Assembly: GCA_022447685.1 (NCBI GenBank)
Contig: JAKVAO010000001.1
Location: forward strand, 22,939 to 86,938
Direction: 5' to 3'
Source: Candidatus Caenarcanales bacterium
GTDB taxonomy: Bacteria > Cyanobacteriota > Vampirovibrionia > LMEP-6097
DNA: 64,000 nt
Below the pieces are notes generated by a model. That model did not search any database, was not told the origin of the DNA, and saw only the letters and a program-made list of their open reading frames with translations. A program made the translations under genes and the position numbers. Shown here piece by piece: positions 41,019-49,203 of this stretch. Numbering within the stretch: the stretch's first letter is position 1; every line of letters begins with the position of its first letter.

Positions 41019-42386
41019 TCAAGACTTCTTATGATTAAGAGTGCTGAGATAGTCTGCAAGCATATCAATTTCAGCTTCTGTTCCTACAAATGGTGGCATG
41101 ATTTTAAGATATGAGTTCTTCTCGACATCTGTTTCGTGCATTAAAGTAAGAAATCCCTTAATCGTATCTTTGTCTCTTTCACCTAGAAGCCTAGTCATAC
41201 TTCTATAACCATTTTCAGTATGGCATTTCATGCATTGCTGTTTGAAAATAAACTCACCTGAGCTTTCATCTTCAGCGGGCTGCCATTTGGAATGTGCAAG
41301 GAAACCATCTTGGTTGATCTTATCAACTTCAGAAACTTTAATCCCGTTCGAGTACATATAACCATAGATTACATATGGTTTTCTGAGCATTTCTCTAGAC
41401 CACTCTGAGATTGCTGTTACTCCAAGTCCACAGACCATAAATGCTAAGGCTGCAATGAAAGAAAAGCCTTTAGGGTTTAGGTAAGGTCCTATATAAGCGA
41501 AAATCAAAATAGTTCCAGAGAGTATCAAGCTCAAATAAATTGCTCTTGCAAGTATAGAGAAATTACCTACTCCTGAGGCTTGTATACCGTTGAATATATT
41601 GTCGAGTACATTTCCGGGAACTTGAGAGAAGAACCAGAAACCAAATATTGGACCTAAAATGAATACAGGGAAAAACCATTTAGAAGAATACTTAAGCATA
41701 TAGGCTCTGAAATCACCTTGGTTTTTATCTTCTGGATCTTTCTCTTTAACTTTAAGATCTTGATAGTCTTTATTTTTGATTCTTGCAGAAGTTACTAGAG
41801 AATACATTCCAGCTATAGCCATCATGACAAAAAGTCTGATGAACAGTGAAGGCCAGTATGTTGGATTGAAGAAACCTTCATACCATAATTTGGATTCGAC
41901 CCAGTTTCCTGGAGTTAGCATGAATGAAAGTATTCCGTTGATGATAACTAGTGTAAATACTGATAAAACTGCGTACCATCTAGCAAGGCTGAGATGAAGT
42001 TCTTTGGAGATTTTATCCCATGTATAGTAGTAAACAAATATAGTTGCAATTTCAGTTAGGAAAAATAAATACTCTGTCGCCCAGCCAAGTGTGTAATTCT
42101 GAATCAGAGTTCCAGTTCCATCTGGACTTACAAGACTGATAGAAAACCATATCCCAACACCAGTTACAGCTCCAGCAACTGTAGTTGCCAGTAAGAAAAA
42201 TTTGGAGTGTTTCTTAAGATAGTGGTATATTCTCTCATCACCACGCTTATAAGCAAGCCACTCTGTGACTGCAAAAAAGATTCCACCACCTACAGCGAAG
42301 TGGGATAAAAAGACGTGGATTACTGAGATTAGCCCTACTAACCATGATCCACCTATTCCTGGTATGCTCCATACTGGGTAATTCAT
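41019..42386 (-). CDS. polytopic membrane protein with C-terminal mono-haem cytochrome c domain, part of a cytochrome bc-type cluster
   Basis: About 10 TM helices, then a C-terminal soluble domain with CMKCH (CxxCH haem-c site) and a downstream Met (IMPPF). Paralogous to the gene at 44106-45203. Confidence 0.5.
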   Translation of the reverse strand: MNYPVWSIPGIGGSWLVGLISVIHVFLSHFAVGGGIFFAVTEWLAYKRGDERIYHYLKKHSKFFLLATTVAGAVTGVGIWFSISLVSPDGTGTLIQNYTLGWATEYLFFLTEIATIFVYYYTWDKISKELHLSLARWYAVLSVFTLVIINGILSFMLTPGNWVESKLWYEGFFNPTYWPSLFIRLFVMMAIAGMYSLVTSARIKNKDYQDLKVKEKDPEDKNQGDFRAYMLKYSSKWFFPVFILGPIFGFWFFSQVPGNVLDNIFNGIQASGVGNFSILARAIYLSLILSGTILIFAYIGPYLNPKGFSFIAALAFMVCGLGVTAISEWSREMLRKPYVIYGYMYSNGIKVSEVDKINQDGFLAHSKWQPAEDESSGEFIFKQQCMKCHTENGYRSMTRLLGERDKDTIKGFLTLMHETDVEKNSYLKIMPPFVGTEAEIDMLADYLSTLNHKKS

Positions 42387-42423
42387 AACAAACCTCTAGA
42401 GAAAGTTCTCTTCTTATAAATCA

Positions 42424-43500
42424 TCAATCTAAAATCCCCCAAACAGTAAAACCAAGAAAACCTATAGTAAAAAGGATTCCATAGATATCAAAGCATTTAC
42501 TAATAAACTTATTTTTGCCGGTGTCGACAATTGGAGCTACTAAAAGAATTAAAGCTAAAACTCCAAAAAACATTAAGCCAAGAATTTCACCCTCAAAAGG
42601 ACCTATATGAGGAGGTAATAATTTGAGAAACTGGAACATTGCAAGGAAGTACCATTCTGGTTTAATACCAGCTGGAGCTGGCGCGAAAGGATCAGCCTCT
42701 GGTCCTAAGCCCCATGGGAAAAGTGCTACAACAGCGGCTACTATATTGAAGAAAAATAACCAGACCATGAAGTCTTTAACTAAGAAATCTGGCACGAACT
42801 TTTCGTATTTCTTCTTCTTAGCTTTTTTGAAGCTTTCAGGCTCAGACATACCGTGTAACTGAACTAAGAGTAAGTGAATACCTGCTACAGCAACTAAAGC
42901 TATTGGTAATAAAATTACATGAATTAAGAAAAATCTAGAAATAGTACCTTGTCCAATCTCACTACCACCTCTAAGCATGTCTGCAAGAGTAGCTCCAATG
43001 AATGGGGTCTTAGCAGCAATATCTAAACCTATCTTCGTTGCGAAGAATGCAATTTCATCCCAAGGTAATAAATAACCAGTAAAACCAAATGCAAAGCAAA
43101 TCACTAAAAGTGCCATGCCGCTGAACCAAGTAATTTCACGAGGTTTTCTGTAGGCTTTCATAAAGTAAGCACTAAACATATGAACAAACAAAATGAATAT
43201 TAAAATATTTGCAGCCCAACTATGAAGAGATCTGACGAACCAACCAAAATCAATCTGAGTATTAATAAATAACACAGAAGAGTGTGCAGAGCTTATTTCT
43301 GGCACATAGTAAACCATTAAAAGTATTCCGGTTAAACCCTGGATCGCAAGTAAAACCATGGCGATACCACCCATGTAGTACCACATGCTTTGCTTGTGAA
43401 CTGGAACTTCTTTCTTCTCTGCGACTTTGATTAGACCTGAGATTCCAACTCTCTCATCAAGCCAACTATAAAATTTCTCTCCGTAATCTACTGAACTCAT
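42424..43500 (-). CDS. cytochrome b6-type protein (cytochrome b with fused subunit-IV-like C-terminal part)
   Basis: 358 aa. His pairs in helices B and D (FVRSLHSWAANILIFILFVHMFSAYF and RFFLIHVILLPIALVAVAGIHLL) and a PEWY motif in the C-terminal part. Confidence 0.8.
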   Translation of the reverse strand: MSSVDYGEKFYSWLDERVGISGLIKVAEKKEVPVHKQSMWYYMGGIAMVLLAIQGLTGILLMVYYVPEISSAHSSVLFINTQIDFGWFVRSLHSWAANILIFILFVHMFSAYFMKAYRKPREITWFSGMALLVICFAFGFTGYLLPWDEIAFFATKIGLDIAAKTPFIGATLADMLRGGSEIGQGTISRFFLIHVILLPIALVAVAGIHLLLVQLHGMSEPESFKKAKKKKYEKFVPDFLVKDFMVWLFFFNIVAAVVALFPWGLGPEADPFAPAPAGIKPEWYFLAMFQFLKLLPPHIGPFEGEILGLMFFGVLALILLVAPIVDTGKNKFISKCFDIYGILFTIGFLGFTVWGILD

Positions 43501-43646
43501 ATTTTACAACCTTGCTTAGGACTCACTCACTTGTCCACTTTCTTCGTTATTCTCGTCTTCAAAATGCTCATGTAATTCCATTACACTGCGCTTTTTCATC
43601 CTCGAAAGCCTTGAAATTGAACAAGTGCCTGAGTCCTAATTTCTTT

Positions 43647-44093
43647 TTATGCCCTCGAAACTATAATTTCTCCTTCATTCACTTCCACACTTAAAGCTTT
43701 TAAAGGTTTCGGGGGAGGACCAGCTAAGTTCTTCCCCGAAACGGTGTCATAGACTCCGCCATGACATGCACACCATATCTTTTTCTTCTCATCGCTGTAC
43801 TGAACTGTACATCCTAGATGAGTACATATCGCATTATATGCGTAAAATTCACCTTCTTCAGATCTCACTAATAGAGCTGGAGCTGAACCAAACTTGAAGT
43901 TCTTGGCGCTACCTGGAATAAAATCATCAACTTTTCCCATGGAAATAGAGGTTACTAATTCTGCTCCGGCTTGCTTTTTCTGAGTACCTGAAATTAGATA
44001 TCTGAAGAATGGATAACTCGCCATTCCAGTCCAGAGAGCTGCAAAAACTCCTGTGATCCACCTGGTAAATACTCTTCTTGAACTTTTGATCAT
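43647..44093 (-). CDS. Rieske [2Fe-2S] iron-sulfur protein
   Basis: N-terminal TM/Tat-like anchor, then box I CTHLGC and box II CACHGG. Confidence 0.8.
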   Translation of the reverse strand: MIKSSRRVFTRWITGVFAALWTGMASYPFFRYLISGTQKKQAGAELVTSISMGKVDDFIPGSAKNFKFGSAPALLVRSEEGEFYAYNAICTHLGCTVQYSDEKKKIWCACHGGVYDTVSGKNLAGPPPKPLKALSVEVNEGEIIVSRA

Positions 44094-44105
44094 TCTTAAA
44101 ACCTC

Positions 44106-45050
44106 TTACTTATTTGCTTTCAAGCAAATTTTAATTAACCAACCTATATAGAAAATAACTCCGACTGTAAGCGTGCCGAATATAACTAGCCAATCCCACT
44201 GTATCTGAACTGGTACAATTCCTGGATCTAAAGCCCCTTCTAAACTCCAGACTCTAAGGAAATGTCTCATCACTATCATTAATAAAACCGTTACTAGTGA
44301 GCTGATCATTGCTCCCATGAATTTGAGTTTGCTTGGTTTAATCAAGACTAGAACTGAGAAAACTAGTGAAATAATCATGAATAACATTGAGCTATGGAAG
44401 GAAGCAGTAGCAAGTCCGCCACCTTTTATGAAAAATAAAGCTCTATCAGTAGGTAATGAGAGCATGAACCAAGTTCCAAAGCCAAGCTGTAAAATAGTTA
44501 CAGAAGCGTATATGCCAGAGCCTACTTTGTATAGCCAGTGTGCGTAGTTTTTATCCTTCTTCTGATAGTAGAGACCGAAGCCACCTAGAGCGATACCAGT
44601 GATTGCAATAGAAGAAATAGCGAAGTGTAAAAATCTAGGAATTAACTGTGGTTCATTTAAGTTTAGGTTGATACCACTTGTTCCTTTCTTCGCTAGTTCA
44701 AGCCACTCGCTTGGGTTGAGCATCAGTGTCATATTGTTTACGAAGATAAAAGCTATGCAAAGAAATAAAAAGCTAGAAAGTATTAGAAAGATTGGGGCGA
44801 ATTTACCAAATTTTTCGCCTTTGAATTTGTAGACATACTGAGCATAGTAGCCGATAAGTAAGAAAACCAAAATCAAGATCCAAGGCACAGCCATTAATAT
44901 AGAAGAGCTGTAGAATGCTGGTCCATATATTAACTGAAGGAATAAAAGTGGAACTATTCCCTGTGTAATAGCTAAGGAAGTGAAAAATGGTAATGAAAAT
45001 GCTAATTGGCGGCCAGCTTTGTGAGCATAGCTATCTTTCTTAGAGCCCAA
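44106..45050 (-). CDS. polytopic membrane protein, paralog of the 41019-42386 product without the cytochrome c domain. Possibly the 3' part of a gene interrupted by an in-frame TAA.
   Basis: TTG start. About 8 TM helices. Its N-terminus, plus the 47-aa ORF immediately upstream in the same frame, aligns with the N-terminus of the 455-aa paralog. Confidence 0.4.
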   Translation of the reverse strand: MGSKKDSYAHKAGRQLAFSLPFFTSLAITQGIVPLLFLQLIYGPAFYSSSILMAVPWILILVFLLIGYYAQYVYKFKGEKFGKFAPIFLILSSFLFLCIAFIFVNNMTLMLNPSEWLELAKKGTSGINLNLNEPQLIPRFLHFAISSIAITGIALGGFGLYYQKKDKNYAHWLYKVGSGIYASVTILQLGFGTWFMLSLPTDRALFFIKGGGLATASFHSSMLFMIISLVFSVLVLIKPSKLKFMGAMISSLVTVLLMIVMRHFLRVWSLEGALDPGIVPVQIQWDWLVIFGTLTVGVIFYIGWLIKICLKANK

Positions 45051-45059
45051 TAGAACGCT

Positions 45060-45203
45060 TTATACAGCTCCACCAGCTAAAGCTACATTCATTGGAACTA
45101 CATGAGTGAAGAAACCAACTATTAAAAGTACTTGAAGTAGCCATAATGGCGCTGGAAATGGTAAATCTTGGTAGTTTGGGACTATATTTGCTATTGGATC
45201 CAT
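45060..45203 (-). pseudogene. 47-aa in-frame 5' ORF (MDPIANIVPNYQDLPFPAPLWLLQVLLIVGFFTHVVPMNVALAGGAV) separated from the downstream 314-aa ORF by a single TAA (complement of 45060-45062). Candidate interrupted gene, or programmed readthrough.
   Basis: The frame is continuous across the TAA. The segment aligns with SWLVGLISVIHVFLSHFAVGGGIFFAV of the paralog. Confidence 0.35.
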
Positions 45204-45564
45204 AAGGAATTGCCCTTAAGGATGATTTTAACTCTAGTTTTTGATCTTTACTTCAGGGAAAACTAAGGATTAACTGTGTAAATGCTTGTGTCTTGTGAGT
45301 AAATTGGTGCTTTTGTTTGTGGAATTTTATTGTTCTCTTGCGAAATCTTTTAGAAAGGCTTGGTTTTTGTGTTATGCCTTGAGTCAATGATGTTGGTATT
45401 TGGTGAACTTGCGTGTTTTGTCGAGAAATTGCTGCCTAAGGTCTAGAAATCATCATCCTTTGTGACGAAATTTGTTTTGTAACTCAAGAAATTAAGATCT
45501 TTTGTGAAGAAAAGCATAGAATATTAAAAGAAATTAAAATCTAAAGTTCAGAAAAGGAGTTTGT

Positions 45565-46209
45565 GTGGATAAGAAAGAGAAAAATAGATACGTAATGTTT
45601 AAGGCAGTTGAAGAAGTGCTTCTCAGCAGTGAGGAAACTTTGAGTTCAACTCCAGCATTATCCTTAGTATTCAAGGATTTTCAAAAATTACTTGGAGAAA
45701 TTAATGAGGTCGATAATAAATATAAATTAGTTTCAGAAGGAGCTGCTGCAAAGAAAGATAAGTCTGAGGATGATTTGATTGATGCTTTGCTCGCTGTTGC
45801 TGGAGTGGTTTATATCTATGCTCGAAGAAATGATGATGAGCAATTGAAGGCTATGACTAGGCTTACTAGTAGCAGCCTGAAGAAAATGCGCGATGCTGAT
45901 TTGTTGCAGAAAGCTAAAGGAATAACTCAGATGATCGAAGATAAATTTCAGGAACTTAAGAAATTTGGTTTGGAGAGAGACATTCTAAAAGACCTTCAAC
46001 AGAAAGTATCTAATTATGAAAATGCTTCAGATTCTAAAGACGCTAAGTTTGGGCAGAGTAAAGCTGCTAGACAAGAGCTAACTGAGATTTTTGAGCAGGC
46101 AAATGAGATCTTGAATGAAGAGCTAGACACAGTTATGGATTTTGTGAAAACCAAAGATTCCTCTCTCTATAAGGATTATCATGCTACTCGTTCGATTAAA
46201 GATGTTTAG
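45565..46209 (+). CDS. hypothetical alpha-helical protein
   Basis: GTG start with RBS AAAAGGAG 6 nt upstream. 214 aa. Followed by a strong intrinsic terminator. Confidence 0.45.
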   Translation: MDKKEKNRYVMFKAVEEVLLSSEETLSSTPALSLVFKDFQKLLGEINEVDNKYKLVSEGAAAKKDKSEDDLIDALLAVAGVVYIYARRNDDEQLKAMTRLTSSSLKKMRDADLLQKAKGITQMIEDKFQELKKFGLERDILKDLQQKVSNYENASDSKDAKFGQSKAARQELTEIFEQANEILNEELDTVMDFVKTKDSSLYKDYHATRSIKDV

Positions 46210-46244
46210 TTTCTATTTCTCACTGGCATGAGATTTTGTGTGTA

Positions 46245-46272
46245 AAGCACCCCTTTGGGGTGCTTTTTTATT
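46245..46272 (+). terminator. rho-independent terminator
   Basis: AAAGCACCCC TTTG GGGTGCTTT followed by TTTTATT, read directly from sequence. Confidence 0.7.
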
Positions 46273-46326
46273 CTTGAACATTGAAATATTAATGAAATAA
46301 TAACGTTATAAGTATATAATTATATT

Positions 46327-46542
46327 ATGGCAAAAATTAAACAACTACAAAAAGTAGGGACAAGTAAAGGAATCGTAATTGATAAGCCAATTTTAGAGAT
46401 GCTTGATCTTGACCATGATGAGGCTGCTGTAGAGTTTGAAATTACTCCTGAGGGATTATTATTAAAACCTGCAAAGATTGAATCTATTTATAAAAAAGTT
46501 GCTAAAAAACATCGTAAGTCACTTGATAAGTTAGGTAAGTAA
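46327..46542 (+). CDS. AbrB/MazE/SpoVT-type antitoxin-like DNA-binding protein (Phd/MazE class)
   Basis: 71 aa. VGTSKGIVIDKPILEMLDLDHDEAAVEFEITPEGLLLKP is the swapped-hairpin AbrB/MazE fold pattern. Its stop overlaps the start region of the Doc-family gene. Confidence 0.65.
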   Translation: MAKIKQLQKVGTSKGIVIDKPILEMLDLDHDEAAVEFEITPEGLLLKPAKIESIYKKVAKKHRKSLDKLGK

Positions 46543-46628
46543 TTCTGTATTTTCTAAATTTAGAAGAAGTTCTTTTTATACATCAAGCTGAGACTTCTTA
46601 TGCTAAGCATGATTCAAATGTTCGAGAT

Positions 46629-46928
46629 TTGAACTTACTCAAATCCTCAATTGAAAATATTGAGATGATTTATATCAATGCTTACGATACCAATATATTT
46701 TCTCTTGCGAGTTACTATATAAAGTATATAAGCTTAAATCACCCTTTTGTCGATGGGAATAAGCGTACAGCATTAGCTTCAGCTGTTGTATTCTTAGAAT
46801 TTAATGGGTACTCTATTGATGAAACATATGAAGAAGAATTAGCAGACTTAGTTTTAAATTTCATTAATAAAAAGATTCAACAAAAGGATTTAGTTCAGTT
46901 TCTAAGAGGTAACTCTAGAAAGAATTAA
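46629..46928 (+). CDS. doc: Doc/Fic-family toxin (death-on-curing type), annotated from a TTG. The conserved N-terminal helix lies further upstream in frame.
   Basis: HPFVDGNKRTALASAVVFLEFNGY is the Doc Fic-motif (HxFx[DN]GNKR). The upstream in-frame codons encode LNLEEVLFIHQAETSYAKHDSNVRDL, which matches the Doc N-terminus but has no ATG/GTG/TTG start. Confidence 0.75.
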   Translation: MNLLKSSIENIEMIYINAYDTNIFSLASYYIKYISLNHPFVDGNKRTALASAVVFLEFNGYSIDETYEEELADLVLNFINKKIQQKDLVQFLRGNSRKN

Positions 46929-46955
46929 TTTATGGATAAAGAGCCTATAGATTAA

Positions 46956-49193
46956 ATGATGAGTAAACTGTGTGTAAATTTAGAATATTGTTATGGCATA
47001 AAAAAACTTTGTCATGAATTTGATTTTGAAGGAGGGGAGACAAGTATTATATATGCACCTAATGGTTCAATGAAAAGCTCTTTTGCTAGAGTATTTAAGG
47101 ACTTGAGTAAAAGTGAATTGTCTAAGGACTTGATGTTCCCTGAAAGAAACTCTAAGCGTGAGGTTTTAGTTTGTGACAGTGATAGAGAGAGCGGTAGAAA
47201 GATTGAAGCTGAAGAAGTTTTAGTTATAGAACCTTATGTAGAAAACTATGAATTAGATGAAATGTCTACTCTCCTAGCAAAACCTGATCTGAGACAAAAA
47301 TACGCTGAGATTCATAAAGAAATTGCAACTAAACAAGATATTGCCTTAAAAGCCTTAATCAAAAATACTGGTTATTCTAAAGCTAAAAATGATCAAAAAG
47401 AAAAAATTTATAACAAGCTACTTAAATCTTTCGGTGAAAAGGATTTGAAAGAGTTATTTGAGAAAATTTTAGAATCTATCGATAAATATAATGAACATGA
47501 ACTCCGTGATATTGAATATAAGCAAATTTTCAATTCAGAATCAGAGACTTTACTTAAAAATGAAAAATTCAGATCACATATTAGCGATTATGTAACTCTC
47601 TATGAGAAATTAATAGATCAATCACAATATTTGAGTAAAGATTTCAATGATTACAACGCTAATCAAATTCAAAAGCAATTAGATAATAATGGTTTCTTTA
47701 AATCTGGTCATAAGCTTAAAATGAAAAATAAAGAAGAATTGATTGATAATCAAGAGCAGTTGAAATCTCTGATTGAAGAGGAAAAAGAGAAAATCTTTAA
47801 TGACGATGAATTGAAAAATAAGTTTATAGAATTTGAAAATTTATTAAATAAGAAAGAAGATAGGCGGTTTAGAGATTATTTACAAAATAATCAGAAACTA
47901 ATTCCATACTTAGAAAATCTTGATAGTTTAGAAAAAACTCTTTGGATGATATATGCTTCAGAGGCCAAGTCTGAACTTGAAGATTTTTCTAAATCTTACA
48001 GCAAAGGGAAAGATGAGTTGTTAAAGATTGTTCGGGAAGCTAAAGAAAGTAAAACAACTTGGATGGAAGCTATGAAAACTTTTAATGAGAGATTTACTCA
48101 CTTACCTTTTTCGCTTAGCCCTATAAACAAGGAAGATTGTATCCTACATGAAGAAGAGCCTAATATTCAATTTGTTTTTAAAGAAAATGATGAACTGCAA
48201 AGGAATGTTGAGAAAGAAGATCTATTAAAAGTATTGAGTCAGGGAGAAAAGCGAGCTCTCTATTTGCTCCATATTATTTTTGAAATTGAAATTAGAAAGT
48301 GTAAAAAACAGAATACTTTTATTATCATTGATGACATCGCTGATTCATTTGATTATAAAAATAAGTATGCAATCATTGAATATTTGCAAGATATTTCTAA
48401 AGATCAGAACTTTAAGCAAATTATACTCACGCATAATTATGATTTTTATAGAACTACCAAGAGTAGATTAGCTATTCCTAAAAAGCTTTGTTTTCAGGTT
48501 TATAAAGGAAACAAAGAAATAAAACTTTTGGGGGATATAATTGGGCAGAATCCTATTGTAGAAATTATAAATGATATTTACTCAGCAGAGGACGGTGAAT
48601 TTAATGATATTAATTTAATTGCTTCGATCCCTATTCTTAGAAATATTTCAGAATACTTGGGCTTGCAAGAGTTTAAAAATCAATTAACCTATATGCTTCA
48701 TATTAAAGCTGGAAAAGATTCTATTATTGGAACCTACGATATTACAGTTGGAGATTTAACCAAGATCTATAATGTAGTCAATAGGGGCAGTATTGAATAC
48801 CCTATGGATAGAGAAGAGAAAATTCTTGATTTGATTTATAAAGTAGCTGATGATTTCCTGTCTGATAAAAAAGAAACTTTAAGTTTAGAAAATAAAATAG
48901 TGTTAGCTATGGCTATTAGACTTAAGGCTGAAGAAAAAATGATAAGTGATTTAAAGGAATTTGACTCATCCTTTAACATACCAAGTAGTCCAAAGCAGAC
49001 ACGCGATCTATCTAAAAAATATCAAAAGCTCCTAGAGAAAGAGCGTGAAAAATCTATATTAGAAAGAGTTCGTGTCATGACCCCTGAAAATATCCACATA
49101 AATTCTTTTATGTATGAACCCATACTTGACATGGCAGATGTTGAACTTAAACATTTATATACTCAAGTGAATGATATTTTGGGCGAAAATTAA
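46956..49193 (+). CDS. AAA_13-like (PrrC/RloC-type) ABC ATPase with long coiled-coil insertion and an uncharacterised C-terminal domain of about 250 aa
   Basis: Deviant Walker A IIYAPNGSMKSS (aa 31-42). K/E-rich coiled-coil from about aa 100 to 400. ABC signature LSQGEKRALYLL (nt about 48233-48250). Walker B/D-loop FIIIDDIADSFD (nt 48318-48335). H-loop ILTHNYDFY. Confidence 0.6.
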   Translation: MMSKLCVNLEYCYGIKKLCHEFDFEGGETSIIYAPNGSMKSSFARVFKDLSKSELSKDLMFPERNSKREVLVCDSDRESGRKIEAEEVLVIEPYVENYELDEMSTLLAKPDLRQKYAEIHKEIATKQDIALKALIKNTGYSKAKNDQKEKIYNKLLKSFGEKDLKELFEKILESIDKYNEHELRDIEYKQIFNSESETLLKNEKFRSHISDYVTLYEKLIDQSQYLSKDFNDYNANQIQKQLDNNGFFKSGHKLKMKNKEELIDNQEQLKSLIEEEKEKIFNDDELKNKFIEFENLLNKKEDRRFRDYLQNNQKLIPYLENLDSLEKTLWMIYASEAKSELEDFSKSYSKGKDELLKIVREAKESKTTWMEAMKTFNERFTHLPFSLSPINKEDCILHEEEPNIQFVFKENDELQRNVEKEDLLKVLSQGEKRALYLLHIIFEIEIRKCKKQNTFIIIDDIADSFDYKNKYAIIEYLQDISKDQNFKQIILTHNYDFYRTTKSRLAIPKKLCFQVYKGNKEIKLLGDIIGQNPIVEIINDIYSAEDGEFNDINLIASIPILRNISEYLGLQEFKNQLTYMLHIKAGKDSIIGTYDITVGDLTKIYNVVNRGSIEYPMDREEKILDLIYKVADDFLSDKKETLSLENKIVLAMAIRLKAEEKMISDLKEFDSSFNIPSSPKQTRDLSKKYQKLLEKEREKSILERVRVMTPENIHINSFMYEPILDMADVELKHLYTQVNDILGEN

Positions 49194-49203
49194 CTTCAGG
49201 ATT

